Assembly: GCA_030390025.1 (NCBI GenBank)
Contig: CM059431.1
Span: 156,056,001-156,120,000 of the forward strand
Length of the DNA: 64,000 nt
DNA from: Squalus acanthias
Taxonomy: Eukaryota
Direction: 5' to 3'
Shown here: positions 1-13,600 of the stretch, piece after piece
Numbering within the stretch: position 1 is the stretch's first letter
Layout of the letters: each line of letters opens with the position of its first letter
Notes under the pieces: model-generated
Told to the model about the DNA's origin: nothing
Databases searched by the model: none
The model's input: only the letters and a program-made list of their open reading frames with translations
Translations under genes and position numbers: made by a program

Positions 1-2989
1 GAGTACCGTGTGCTACACAGAGTGTCAGAGTACCGTGTGCTAAACAGAGTCTCAGAGTGCCTTGGACTACACAGAGTGTCAGAGTAACCTGGACTACACA
101 GATAGTCAGCGTACCAGGGACTACATAGAGTGTCAGACCACCCTGGACTAGACACAGTTTCAGAGTACCTTGGACTACACAGAGTGTCAGAGAACCGTGG
201 ACTGCACAGATTGTCAGAGTACCTTGGACTACGCAGAGTGTCAGCGAACTGTGGGCTGCACAGAGTGACAGAGTGCACTCGGCTGCACAGAGTGTCAGAG
301 TATCCTGGACTACACAGTGTGTCAGCGAACCGTGGGCTACACAGAGTGACAGAGTGCATTATGCTGCACAGAGTTTCAGAGTATCCTGGACTACACAGAA
401 TGTCAGAGTATCCTGGACTACACAGAGTGATAGAGTACGCTGGGCTACACAGAGTGTTAGAGTACCCTGTGCTACACAGAGTATCACATTACCTTGGACT
501 ACGCAGAGTTTCAGAGAACCGTGGGCTACACAGAGTGTCAGAGAACCGTAGACAACACAGAGTGTTAGAGTACCCTGGTCTACACAGAGTGTCAGAGTAC
601 CTTGGACTGCTCAGAGTGTCAGAGTGCCTTGGACTACACAGAGTGTCAGTGTACCGTGCACTAAACAGAGTGTCAGAGTACCCTGGACTACACAGAGTGT
701 CAGAGTACCTTGGTCCACACGCAGTGTCAGAGCAACTTGGACTAAAAAGAGTGATAGAGAACACTGTACTACACTGAGTGTCAGATTACCTTGGACTGCA
801 CAGAGTGTCAGAGTACCGTGTACTACACAGAGTGTCAGAGTACCTTGGACTACACAGAGTGTCGGAGTACCGTGGGCTAAACAGAGTGTCAGAGAACCGT
901 AGACAACACAGAGTGTTAGAGTACCCTGGTCTACACAGAGTGTCAGAGTACCTTGGACTGCTCAGAGTGTCAGAGTGCCTTGGACTACACAGAGTGTCAG
1001 TGTACCGTGGACTAAACAGAGTGTTAGAGTACCCTGGACTACACAGAGTGTCAGAGTACCCTGGACTACACAGAGTGTCAGAGTACCCTGGACTACACAG
1101 AGTGTCAGAGAACCGTAGACTACACAGAGTGTTAGAGTACCCTGGTCTAAACACAGTGTCAGAGAACCGTGGGCTACACAGAGTGTCAGAATACATTGGA
1201 CTACATAGAGTGTCAGAGTACGCTGGACTACACAGAGTTTCAGAGGACCCAGGACTACACAGAGTGACAGAGTCCACTGTGCTACACAGATTGTCAGAGT
1301 ATCCTGGACTACACAGAGTGTCAGAGTACCTTGGACTGGACTGAGTGTCAGAGAACCGTGGACTACACAGAGTGTCAGAGTACCTTGGACTACGCAGAGT
1401 GTCAGAGAACCCTGGGCTACACAGAGTGTCAGAGTACCTTGGACTACACAGAGTGTCAGTGTACCCTGTACTTCACAGAGTGCCAGAGTACCCTGGACTA
1501 CACAGAGTGTCAGAGTACCCTGGACTACACAGAGTCTCAGAGTACCTTGGACTACACAGAGTGACAGAGTGCACTGTGCTACTCAGAGTGTCACAATATT
1601 CTGGACTACACAGAGTGTCAGTGTACCCTGGACTGCACAGAGTGTCAGAGTAACCTGGACTACACAGAGTGTCAGCGTACCATGGACTGCACAGAGTGTC
1701 AGACTACCCTGGACTGCACACAGTGTCAGAGTACCTTGGACGACACAGAGTGTCAGAGTACCGTGGGCTGCACAGAGTGACAGAGTACACTGGGCTACAC
1801 AGAGTGTCAGGGTAACCTGGACTACAAAGAGTGTCAGCGTACCATGGACTACACAGAGTGTCAGACTACCCTGGACTACACAGTGTGTCAGAGTACCTTG
1901 GACTACACAGAGTGTCAGAGTAACCTGGACGACACAGAGTGTCAGAGTACCGTTGACTACAAAGAGTGTCAGAGGACCTTGGAGTAAACAGTCTGTCAGA
2001 GTTCCGTGGGCTACACAAAGTGACAGAGTACACTGGGCTACACAGGGTGTCAGAGCAACCTGGACTAAACAGAATGTCAGAGAACCGTGGACTACACAGA
2101 GTGTCAGAGTACCTTGGACTACGCAGATTGTCAGAGAACCGTGGGCTACACAGAGTGTCAGAGTACCCTGGACTACACAGAGTGTCAGAGTACCCTGGAC
2201 TACACAGAGTCTCAGTGTACCTTGGACTACACAGAGTGTCAGAGTACCGTGTGCTACACAGAGTCTCAGAGTGCCTTGGACTAAACACAGAGTGTCAGAG
2301 TAACCTGGACTACACAGAGTGTCAGCGTACCAGGGACTACACAGAGTGTCAAACCACCCTGGACTAGACACAGTTTCAGAGTACCTTGGACTACGCAGAG
2401 TGTCAGCGAACCGTGGGCTGCACAGAGTGACAGAGTGCACTCGGCTACACAGAGTGTCAGAGTATCCTGGACTACACAGAGTGATAGAGTACCCTGGACT
2501 ACACAATGTGTCAAAGTACCCTGGACTACACAGAGTTTCAGAGTACCGTGGACTAAACAGAGTGTCAGAGTACCGTGGGCTACACAGAGTGTCAGAGTAC
2601 CTTGTGCTACACAGAGTGACAGAGTGCACTAGGTTACACAGAGTGTCAGAGTATCCTGGACTAAACAGAGTGCCAGAGTACCCTGTGCTAAACAGAGTGT
2701 CAGAGTACCTTGGTCAACACAGAGTGTCAGAGTAACGTGGACTGCACAGAGTGTCAGAGTACCCTGGACTACACAGAGTGTCAGAGTACCCTGTACTACA
2801 CAGAGTGTCAGAGTACCGTGGACTACACACGGTGTCAGAGTACCGTGGACGACACAGAGTGTCAGAGTAGCCTGGACTACACAGAGTGTCAGAGTACCGT
2901 GGGCTACACAGAGTGTCAGAGTACCTTGGACTACACCGAGTGTCAGAGTACCTTGGACTACACAGAGTGTCAGAGTACCGTTTACTACA

Positions 2990-5900
2990 AAGAGTGTCAG
3001 AGGACCTTGGACTAAACAGAGTTTTAGAGTACCATGGACTACACAGAGTGTCAGAGAACCCTGGGCTACACAGAGTGTCAGAGTACCTTGGACTACACAG
3101 AGTGTCAGTGTACCCTGTACTTCACAGAGTGTCAGAGTACCCTGGACTACACAGTGTATCAAAGTACCGTGGGCTACACAGAGTGACAGAGTACACTGGG
3201 CTACACAGAGTGTCAGAGTACCCTGGACTACACAGAGTGTCAGAGTACCTTGGACTAAACAGAGTGTCAGAGAACCGTGGACTACACAGAGTGTCAGAGT
3301 ACCTTGGACGACGCAGATTGTCACAGAACCGTGGGCTACACACAGTGTCAGAGTACCCTGAACTACACAGAGTGTCAGAGTACCCTGGACTACACAGAGT
3401 CTCAGAGTGCCTTGGACTACACAGAGTGTCAGAGTAACCTGGACTACACAGATTGTCAGCGTACCAGGGACTACATAGAGTGTCAGACCACCCTGGACTA
3501 GACACAGTTTCAGAGTACCTTGGACTACACAGAGTGTCAGAGAACCGTGGACTGCACAGATTGTCAGAGTACCTTGGACTACGCAGAGTGTCAGCGAACT
3601 GTGGGCTGCACAGAGTGACAGAGTGCACTCGGCTGCACAGAGTGTCAGAGTATCCTGGACTACACAGTGTGTCAAAGTACCGTGGGCTACACAGAGTGAC
3701 AGAGTACACTGGGCTATACAGAGTGTCAGAGTACCCTGGACTACACAGAGTATCAGAGTACCTTGGACTACGCAGAGTGACAGAGAACCGTGGGCTACAC
3801 AGAGTGACAGAGTACACTGGGCTACATGGAGAGTCAGAGTACCCTGGACTACAAAGAATGTCAGAGTACCGTGGGCTACACAGAGTATCAGTGTACCCTG
3901 GACTACACAGATGTCAGAGAACCGTGGGCTACACAGAGTGCTAGAGCACCTTGGACTACACAGAGTGTCAGAGTACACTGGGCTACACAGAATTTCGGTG
4001 TACCCTGGACTACGCAGAGTTTCAGAGTACCGTGGATTAAACAGAGTGTCAGAGTAGCCTGGACTACACAGAGTGTCAGAGTACCTTGTGCTACACAGAG
4101 TGACAGAGTACCTTGTGTTAAACAGAGTGTCAGAGTACCTTGGTCAACACAGAGTGTCAGAGTACCGTGGACTACACAGAGTGTCAGAGTACCCTGGACT
4201 ACACAGAGTGTCAGAGTACCCTGTACGACACAGAGTGTCAGAGTACCGTGGACTACACACGGTGTCAGAGTACCGTGGACGACACAGAGTGTCAGAGTAC
4301 CCTGGACTACACAGAGTGTCAGAGAACCGTTGGCTACACAGAGTGACAGAGTACACTGGGCTACACAGAGTGTCAGAGATCCCTGGACTACAAAGAGTGT
4401 CAGAGTACCTTGGAATACGCAGAGTGCCAGTGTACCCTGGACTAAACCGAGTGTTAGAGTACCATGGACTGCACAGAGTGTCAGAGTACCGTGTGCTACA
4501 CAGAGTGTCAGAGTATCCTGGACTACACAGAGTGATAGAGTACACTGGGCTACACAGAGTCTTAGGTTACCCTGTACTACACAGAGTATCAGAGTACCTT
4601 GGACTACGCAGCTTGTCAGAGAAACGTGCGCTTCACAGAGTGTCAGAGAACCTTGGACTGCACAGAATGTCAGAGTACCTTGGACGACACAGAGTGTCAG
4701 AGTACCCTGGACTACACAGAGTCCCAGAGTACCTTGGACTACACAGAGTGTCAGAGTACCGTGGGCTACACAGAGTGACAGAGTACACGGGGCTACTCAG
4801 AGTGTCACAGTATCCTGGACTACACAGAGGGACAGTGTACCATGGACTGCACAGAGTGTCAGACTTACCTGGACTACACAGAGTGTTAGAGTACCTTAGA
4901 CTACACAGTGTGTCAGAGAACCGTGGACTACGCAGAGTTTCAAAGTACCTTGGGCTACACAGAGTGACAGAGTGCACTAGGTTACACAGAGTGTCAGAAT
5001 ATCCTGGACTAAACAGAGTGTCAGAGTACCCTGTGCTAAACAGAGTGTCAGAGTATCTTGGACAACACAGACAGTCAGAGAAACGTGGACTACACCGAGT
5101 GTCAGAGTACCTTGGACTACGCAGAGTTTCAGGGAAACGTGGGCTAAACAGAGTGACAGAGTGCACTAGGCTACACAGAGTGTCAGAGTACCCTGAACTA
5201 CACAGAGTGTCAGGGTACCGTGGAGTAAACAGAGTGTCAGAGTAACCTGGACTACACAGAGTGTCAGAGTTCCTTGGACTACACAGAGTGTCAGAGTACC
5301 CTGGTTACACAGAGTGTCAGAGTACCCTGGACTACACATAGTGCCAGAGTACCCTGTACTAAATAGAGTGTTAGAGTACCATGGACTATACAGAGTGTCA
5401 GAATACCGTGGGCTACACAGAGTGTCAGAATACCCTGGACTACACAGAGTGTCAGAGAACCGTGGGCTACACAGAGTGTCAGAGTTCCCTGGACTACACA
5501 GAGTGTCAGAGTACCCTGTACTACACAGAGTGTCAGAGTACCCTGCACAACACAGAGTATCAGAGATCCTTTGACTACACAAAGTGTCAGAGTACCGTGG
5601 GCTACACAGAGTGACAGAGTACACTGGGCTACACAGAGTGTCAGAGTACAGTGGACTACACAGAGTGTCAGAGTACCTTGGAATACGCAGACTGCCAGTG
5701 TACCCTGGACTAAATAGAGTGTCAGAGTACCATGGACTATACAGAGTGTCAGAATACCGTGGGCTACAGAGAGTGTCAGAGTACCCTGGACTACACAGCG
5801 TGTCAGAGAACCGTGGGCTACACAGAGTGTCAGAGTTCCCTGGACTACACAGAGTGTCAGTGTACCCTGTACTACACAGAGTTTCAGAGTACCCTGGACT

Positions 5901-8900
5901 ACACAGATTATCAGAGTGCCTTGGACTACACAGATTGTCAGAGTACCTTGACTACACAGAGAGTCAGAGTAACTTGGACTACACAGAATGTCAGAGTACG
6001 GTGGACTACACAGAGTGTCAGAGTACCTTGAACTACGCAGAGTGTCAGAGTACCGTGGGCTACACAGAGTGACAGAGTACACTGGGCTACACAGAGTGTC
6101 AGAGTACACTGAAATACACAGATTGTCAAAGTGCCGTGTGCTACACAGAGTGACAGAGGACACTGGGCTTCACAGAGTGTCGGAGTACACTGGACTCCAC
6201 AGAGTGTCAGGGTACCGTGGACTAAACAGAGTGTCAGAGTACCCTGGATTACACAGAGTGTCAGAGTACATTGGACTACACAGAGTGTCAGAGTACCCTG
6301 GACTACGCAGATTGTCAGAGAACCTTGGAGTACGCAGAGTGTCAGAGAACCGTGGGCTACACAGAGTGACAGAGTACACTGTGCTCCACAGATTGTTAGA
6401 GTATCCTGGACTACACAGAGTGTCAGAGTACCCTAGACTGCACAGATTGTCAGAGTACCCTGGTGTACATTGGGTATCAGAGTACCCTGGACTACGCAGA
6501 GTGTCAGAGAACCTTGGAGTACGCAGAGTGTCAGAGAACCGTGGGCTACACAGATTAACAGAGTACACTGGGCTCCACAGATTGTCAGAGTTCCTTGGAC
6601 TACACAGAGTGTCAGAGTACCTAGGACTACACAGAGTGTCAAAGTACCGTGGGCTATACAGAGTGACAGAGTCCACTGCGCTACATAGAGTGTCAAAGTA
6701 CCCTGGACTACACAGAGTCTCAGAGTACCTTGGACTAAACAGAGTGTCATAGTTCCCTGGACTACACAGAGTGTCAGAGTACCTTGCACTACTCAGATTG
6801 TCAGAGTACCGTGGACTACACAGAGTGTCAGAGTACCTTGGACTACGCAGACTGTCAGAGTAACGTTTAATACAAAGAGTGTCAGAGGACCTTGGACTAA
6901 ACAGAGTTTTAGAGTACCATGGACTACACAGAGTGTCAGAGTACCTTGGACTACGCAGAGTGTCAGAGAACCCTGGGCTGCACAGAGTGTCAGAGTACCT
7001 TGGACTACACAGAGTGTCAGTGTACCCTGTACTTCACAGAGTGTCAGAGTACCCTGGACTACACAGTGTATCAAAGTACCGTGGGCTACACAGAGTGACA
7101 GAGTACACTGGGCTACACAGAGTGTCAGAGTACCCCGGACTACACAGAGTGTCAGAGTACCTTGGACTAAACAGAGTGTCAGAGAACCGTGGACTACACA
7201 GAGTGTCAGAGTACCTTGGACGACGCAGATTGTCACAGAACCGTGGGCTACACACAGTGTCAGAGTACCCTGAACTACACAGAGTGTCAGAGTACCCTGG
7301 ACTACACAGAGTCTCAGAGTACCTTGGACTACACAGAGTGTCAGAGTACCGTGTGCTACACAGAGTGTCAGAGTACCGTGTGCTACACAGAGTCTCAGAG
7401 TGCCTTGGACGACACAGAGTGTCAGAGTAACCTGGACTACACAGATTGTCAGCGTACCAGGGACTACATAGAGTGTCAGACCACCCTGGACTAGACACAG
7501 TTTCAGAGTACCTTGGACTACACAGAGTGTCAGAGAACCGTGGACTGCACAGATTGTCAGAGTACCTTGGACTACGCAGAGTGTCAGCGAACTGTGGGCT
7601 GCACAGAGTGACAGAGTGCACTCGGCTACACAGAGTGTCAGAGTATCCTGGACTACACAGTGTGTCAAAGTACCGTGGGCTACACAGAGTGACAGAGTAC
7701 ACTGAGCTATACAGAGTGTCAGAGTACCCTGGACTACACAGAGTATCAGAGTACCTTGGACTACGCAGAGTGACAGAGAACCGTGGGCTACACAGAGTGA
7801 CAGAGTACACTGGGCTACACAGAGTGTCAGAGTACCCTGGACTACAAAGAATGTCAGAGTACCGGGGGGTACACAGAGTATCAGTGTACCCTGGACTACA
7901 CAGATGTCAGAGAACCGTGGGCTACACTGAGTGCTAGAGTACCTTGGACTACACAGAGTGTCAGAGTACACTGGGCTACACAGAATGTCGGTGTACCCTG
8001 GACTACGCAGAGTTTCAGAGAACCGTGGATTAAACAGAGTGTCAGAGTACCCTGGACTACACAGAGTGTCAGAGTACCCTGTACGACACAGAGTGTCAGA
8101 GTACCGTGGACTACACACGGTGTCAGAGTACCGTGGACGACACAGAGTGTCAGAGTACCCTGGAATACACAGAGTGTCAGAGTACCGTGGGCTACACAGA
8201 GTGTCAGAGTACCTTGGACTACACCGAGTGTCAGAGTACCTTGGACTAAACAGAGTGTCAGAGAACCGTTGGCTACACAGAGTGACAGAGTACACTGGGC
8301 TACACAGAGTGTCAGAGATCCCTGGACTACACAGAATGTCAGAGTACCTTGGACGACACAGAGTGTCAGAGTACCCTGGACTACACAGAGTCCCAGAGTA
8401 CCTTGGACTACACAGAGTGTCAGAGTACCGTGGGCTACACAGAGTGACAGAGTACACGGGGCTACTCAGAGTGTCACAGTATCCTGGACTACACAGAGGG
8501 ACAGTGTACCATGGACTGCACAGAGTGTCAGACTAACCTGGACTACACAGAGTGTTAGAGTACCTTAGACTACACAGTGTGTCAGAGAACCGTGGACTAC
8601 GCAGAGTTTCAGAGTACCTTGGGCTACACAGAGTGACAGAGTGCACTAGGTTACACAGAGTGTCAGAATATCCTGGACTAAACAGAGTGTCAGAGTACCC
8701 TGTGCTAAACAGAGTGTCAGAGTACCTTGGACAACACAGAGTGTCAGAGAAACGTGGACTACACCGAGTGTCAGAGTACCTTGGACTACGCAGAGTTTCA
8801 GGGAAACGTGGGCTAAACAGAGTGACAGAGTGCACTAGGCTACACAGAGTGTCAGAGTACCCTGAACTACACAGAGTGTCAGGGTACCGTGGACTAAACA

Positions 8901-10623
8901 GAGTGTCAGAGTAACCTGGACTACACAGAGTGTCAGAGTACCTTGGACTACACAGAGTGTCAGAGTACCCTGGATTACACAGAGTGTCAGAGTACCCTGG
9001 ACTACACAGAGTGCCAGAGTACCCTGTACTAAATAGAGTGTTAGAGTACCATGGACTATACAGAGTGTCAGAATACCGTGGGCTACACAGAGTGTCAGAG
9101 TACCCTGGACTACACAGAGTGTCAGAGAACCGTGGGCTACACAGAGTGTCAGAGTTCCCTGGACTACACAGAGTGTCAGAGTACCCTGTACTACACAGAG
9201 TGTCAGAGTACCCTGCACAACACAGAGTATCAGAGATCCTTTGACTACACAGAGTGTCAGAGTACCGTGGGCTACACAGAGTGACAGAGTACACTGGGCT
9301 ACACAGAGTGTCAGAGTACCGTGGACTACACAGAGTGTCAGAGTACCTTGGAATACGCAGACTGCCAGTGTACCCTAGACTATAGAGAGTGTCAGAGTAC
9401 CATGGACTATACAGAGTGTCAGAATACCTTGGGCTACAGAGAGTGTCAGAGTACCCTGGACTACACAGCGTGTCAGAGAACCGTGGGCTACACAGAGTGT
9501 CAGAGTTCCCTGGACTACACAGAGTGTCAGTGTACCCTGTACTACACAGAGTTTCAGAGTACCCTGGACTACACAGATTATCAGAGTGCCTTGGACTACA
9601 CAGATTGTCAGAGTACCTTGACTACACAGAGAGTCAGAGTAACTTGGACTACACAGAATGTCAGAGTACGGTGGACTACACAGAGTGTCAGAGTACCTTG
9701 AACTACGCAGAGTGTCAGAGTACCGTGGGCTACACAGAGTGACAGAGTACACTGGGCTACACAGAGTGTCAGAGTACACTGAAATACACAGATTGTCAAA
9801 GTGCCGTGTGCTACACAGAGTGACAGAGGACACTGGGCTTCACAGAGTGTCGGAGTACACTGGACTCCACAGAGTGTCAGGGTACCGTGGACTAAACAGA
9901 GTGTCAGAGTAACCTGGACTACACAGAGTGTCAGAGTACCTTGGACTACACAGAGTGTCAGAGTACCCTGGATTACACAGAGTGTCAGAGTACATTGGAC
10001 TACACAGAGTGTCAGAGTACCCTGGACTACGCAGATTGTCAGAGAACCTTGGAGTACGCAGAGTGTCAGAGAACCGTGGGCTACACAGAGTGACAGAGTA
10101 CACTGTGCTCCACAGATTGTTAGTGTATCCTGGACTACACAGAGTGTCAGAGTACCCTAGACTGCACAGATTGTCAGAGTACCCTGGTGTACATTGGGTA
10201 TCAGAGTACCCTGGACTACGCAGAGTGTCAGAGAACCTTGGAGTACGCAGAGTGTCAGAGAACCGTGGGCTACACCGATTAACAGAGTACACTGGGCTCC
10301 ACAGATTGTCAGAGTTCCTTGGACTACACAGAGTGTCAGAGTACCTAGGACTACACAGAGTGTCAAAGTACCGTGGGCTATACAGAGTGACAGAGTCCAC
10401 TGCGCTACATAGAGTGTCAAAGTACCCTGGACTACACAGAGTCTCAGAGTACCTTGGACTAAACAGAGTGTCATAGTTCCCTGGACTACACAGAGTGTCA
10501 GAGTACCTTGCACTACTCAGATTGTCAGAGTACCGTGGACTACACAGAGTGTCAGAGTACCTTGGACTACGCAGACTGTCAGAGTAACGTTTACTACAAA
10601 GAGTGTCAGAGGACCTTGGACTA
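2990..10623 (+). repeat. Imperfect tandem duplication of a ~3.7-3.9 kb block (about 2990-6899 and 6875-10623)
   Basis: Rare variants occur in the same order. 4661-6899 matches 8330-10623 (offset 3669, then 3670, then 3724; ORF pairs 5938/9608, 6433/10157). About 2990-4050 matches about 6875-8050 (ORF pair 3453/7446, offset 3993). Copies differ by whole-monomer indels and some substitutions. Confidence 0.8.
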
Positions 10624-13600
10624 CACAGAGTGTCAGAGTACCGTGGGCTACACAGATTGACAGAGTACACTGGGCTCCACAGAGTGTCAGAGTACCCTGG
10701 ACTACACAGAGTGTCAGAGTACCTTGACTACACAGAGAGTCAGAGTAACTTGTACTACACAGATTGTCAGAGTACCGTGGACTACACAGAGTGTCAGAGT
10801 ACCTTGGACTACGCAGTGTCAGAGTACCGTGGGCTACACAGAGTGACAGAGTACACTGGGCTATACAGGGTGTCAGAGTACCCTGAAATACACAGATTGT
10901 CAAAGTAACGTGTGCTACACAGAGTGACAGAGGACACTGGGCTACACAGAGTGTCGGAGTACCCGGGACTACACAGAGTGTCAGGGTACCGTGGACTAAA
11001 CAGAGTGTCAGAGTACCCTGGACTACACAGAGTGTCAGAGTACCCTGGACTACACAGAGAGTCAGAGTACCCTGGACTACACAGAGTGACAGAGTACCTT
11101 GGACTACACAGAGTGTCACAGTACCGTGGACTAAACAGAATGTCAGAGTACCCTGGAATACACAGAGTGCCAGAGTACCTTGGACTACACAGAGTGTCAG
11201 AGTACCGTGGACTACACAGAGTGTGAGAGTACCTTGGACTACGGAGAGTGTCAGTGAACCGTTGGCTACACAGAGTGACAGAGTACACTGGGCTGCACAG
11301 AGTGTCAGAATATTCTGGACTAAACAAAGTGTCAGAGTACCCTGGGCTACACAGAGTGTCAGAGAACCGCAGACTACACAGAGTGTTAAAGTACCCTGGT
11401 CTACACTGAGTGTCAGAGAACCGTGGGCTACACAGATTGTCAGAATACATTGGACTACACAGAGTGTCAGAGTACCCTGGACTACACAGAGTGTCAGAGT
11501 ACCCAGGACTACACAGAGTGTCAGAGTACCCTGGACTACACAGAGTGTCAGAGTACCCTGGACTACACAGAGTGTCAGAGTACCCTGGACTACGCAGAGT
11601 GTCTGAGAATCTTCGAGTACGCAGAGTTTCAGAGAACCGTGGGCTACACAGAGTGACAGAGTAAACTGGGCTCCACAGATTGTTAGAGTATCCTGGACTA
11701 CACAGAGTGTCAGAGTACCCTAGACTGCACAGAGTGTCAGAGTACCCTGGAGTACATGGAGTGTCAGAGTACCCTGGACTACGCAGAGTGTCAGAGAACC
11801 TTGGAGTACGCAGAGTGTCAGAGAACCGTGGGCTCCACAGAGTGACAGAGTACCTTGGACTACACAGAGTGACAGAGTACCTTGGACTACGGAGAGTGTC
11901 AGAGAACCGTGGGCTACACAGAGTGACAGAGTACACTGGGCTGCACAGAGTGTCAGAATATCCTGGACTAAACAAAGTGTCAGAGTACCCTGGGCTACGC
12001 AGAGTGTCAGAGAACCGCAGACTACACAGTGTGTTAAAGTACCCTGGTCTACACAGAGTGTCAGAGAACCGTGGGCTACGCAGAGTGTCAGAATACATTG
12101 GACTACACAGAGTGTCAGAGTACCCTGAACGACACAGAGTGTCAGAGTACCCTGGACTACACAGAGTTTCAGAGTACCCTGGACTACACAGAGTGTCAGA
12201 GTACCCTGGACTACACAGAGTTTCAGAGTACCCTGGACTACACAGATTGTCAGAGTACCCTGGACGACGCAGAGCGTCAGACAAACTTGGAGTACGCAGA
12301 TTGTCAGAGAACCGTGGGCTACACAGAGTGACAGAGTACACTGGGCTTCACAGATTGTTAGAGTATCATGGACTACACAGAGTGTCAGAGTACCCTAGAC
12401 TGCACAGAGTTTCAGTGTACCCTGGAGTACATGGAGCGTCAGAGTACCCTGGACTACGCAGAGTGTCAGAGAACCGCAGACTACACAGAGTGTTAAAGTA
12501 ACCTGGTCTACACTGTGTGTCAGAGAACCGTGGGCTACACAGAGTGTCAGAATACATTGGACTACACAGAGTGTCAGATTACCCTGGATTACACAGAGTG
12601 TCAGAGTACCCTGGACGACACAGAGTGTCAGAGTACCCTGGACTACACAGAGTGTCAGAGTACGATGGACTACGCAGAGTGTCTCAGAATCTTGGAGTAC
12701 GCAGAGTTTCAGAGAACCGTGGGCTACACAGAGTGACAGAGTACACTGGGCTCCGCAGATTGTTAGAGTATCCTGGACTACACAGAGTGTCAGAGTACCC
12801 TAGACTGCACAGAGTGTCAGAGTACCCTGGAGTACATGGAGAGTCAGAGTAACCTGGACTACGCAGAGTCTCAGAGAACCTTGGAGTACTCAGAGTGTCA
12901 TAGAACCGTGGGCTACACGGAGTAACAGAGTACACTGGGCTCCACAGATTGTCAGAGTTCCTTGGACTAAACAGAGAGTCAGACTACCGTGCACTACACA
13001 GAGTGTCAGGGTACCTAGGGCTACACAGAGTGTCAAATTACCGTGGGCTATACAGAGTGACAGAGAACACTGCGCTACATAGAGTGTCAGAGTACCCTGG
13101 ACTACACAGAGTGTCAGAGTACCTTGGACTTAACAGAGTGTCATAGTTCCCTGGACTACACAGAGTGGCAGAGTACCTTGGACTACACAGAGTGTCAGAG
13201 TACCTTGGACTACGCAGAGTTTCAGAGTACCGTTTACTACAAAGAGTGTCAGAGGACCTTGGACTACACAGAGTGTCTGAGTACCGTGGTCTACACAGAT
13301 TGACAGAGTACACTGGGCTAAACAGAGTGTCGGAGTACCCTGGACTACACAGAGTGTCAGAGTACCGTGTAAAACACAGAGTGTCCGAGTACCCTGGACT
13401 ACACAGAGTGTCAGAGTACCTTGGTCTACACAGAATGTCAGATTCCCGTGGGCTACACAGAGTGACAGAGTACACTGGGCAACACAGAGTTTCAGAGTAC
13501 CTTGGTCTACACAGAGTGTCAGAGTACCGTGGGCTGCACAGAGTGATAGAGGAAACTGGACTACACAGAGTGTCAGAGTAACCTGGACTACACAGAGTGT

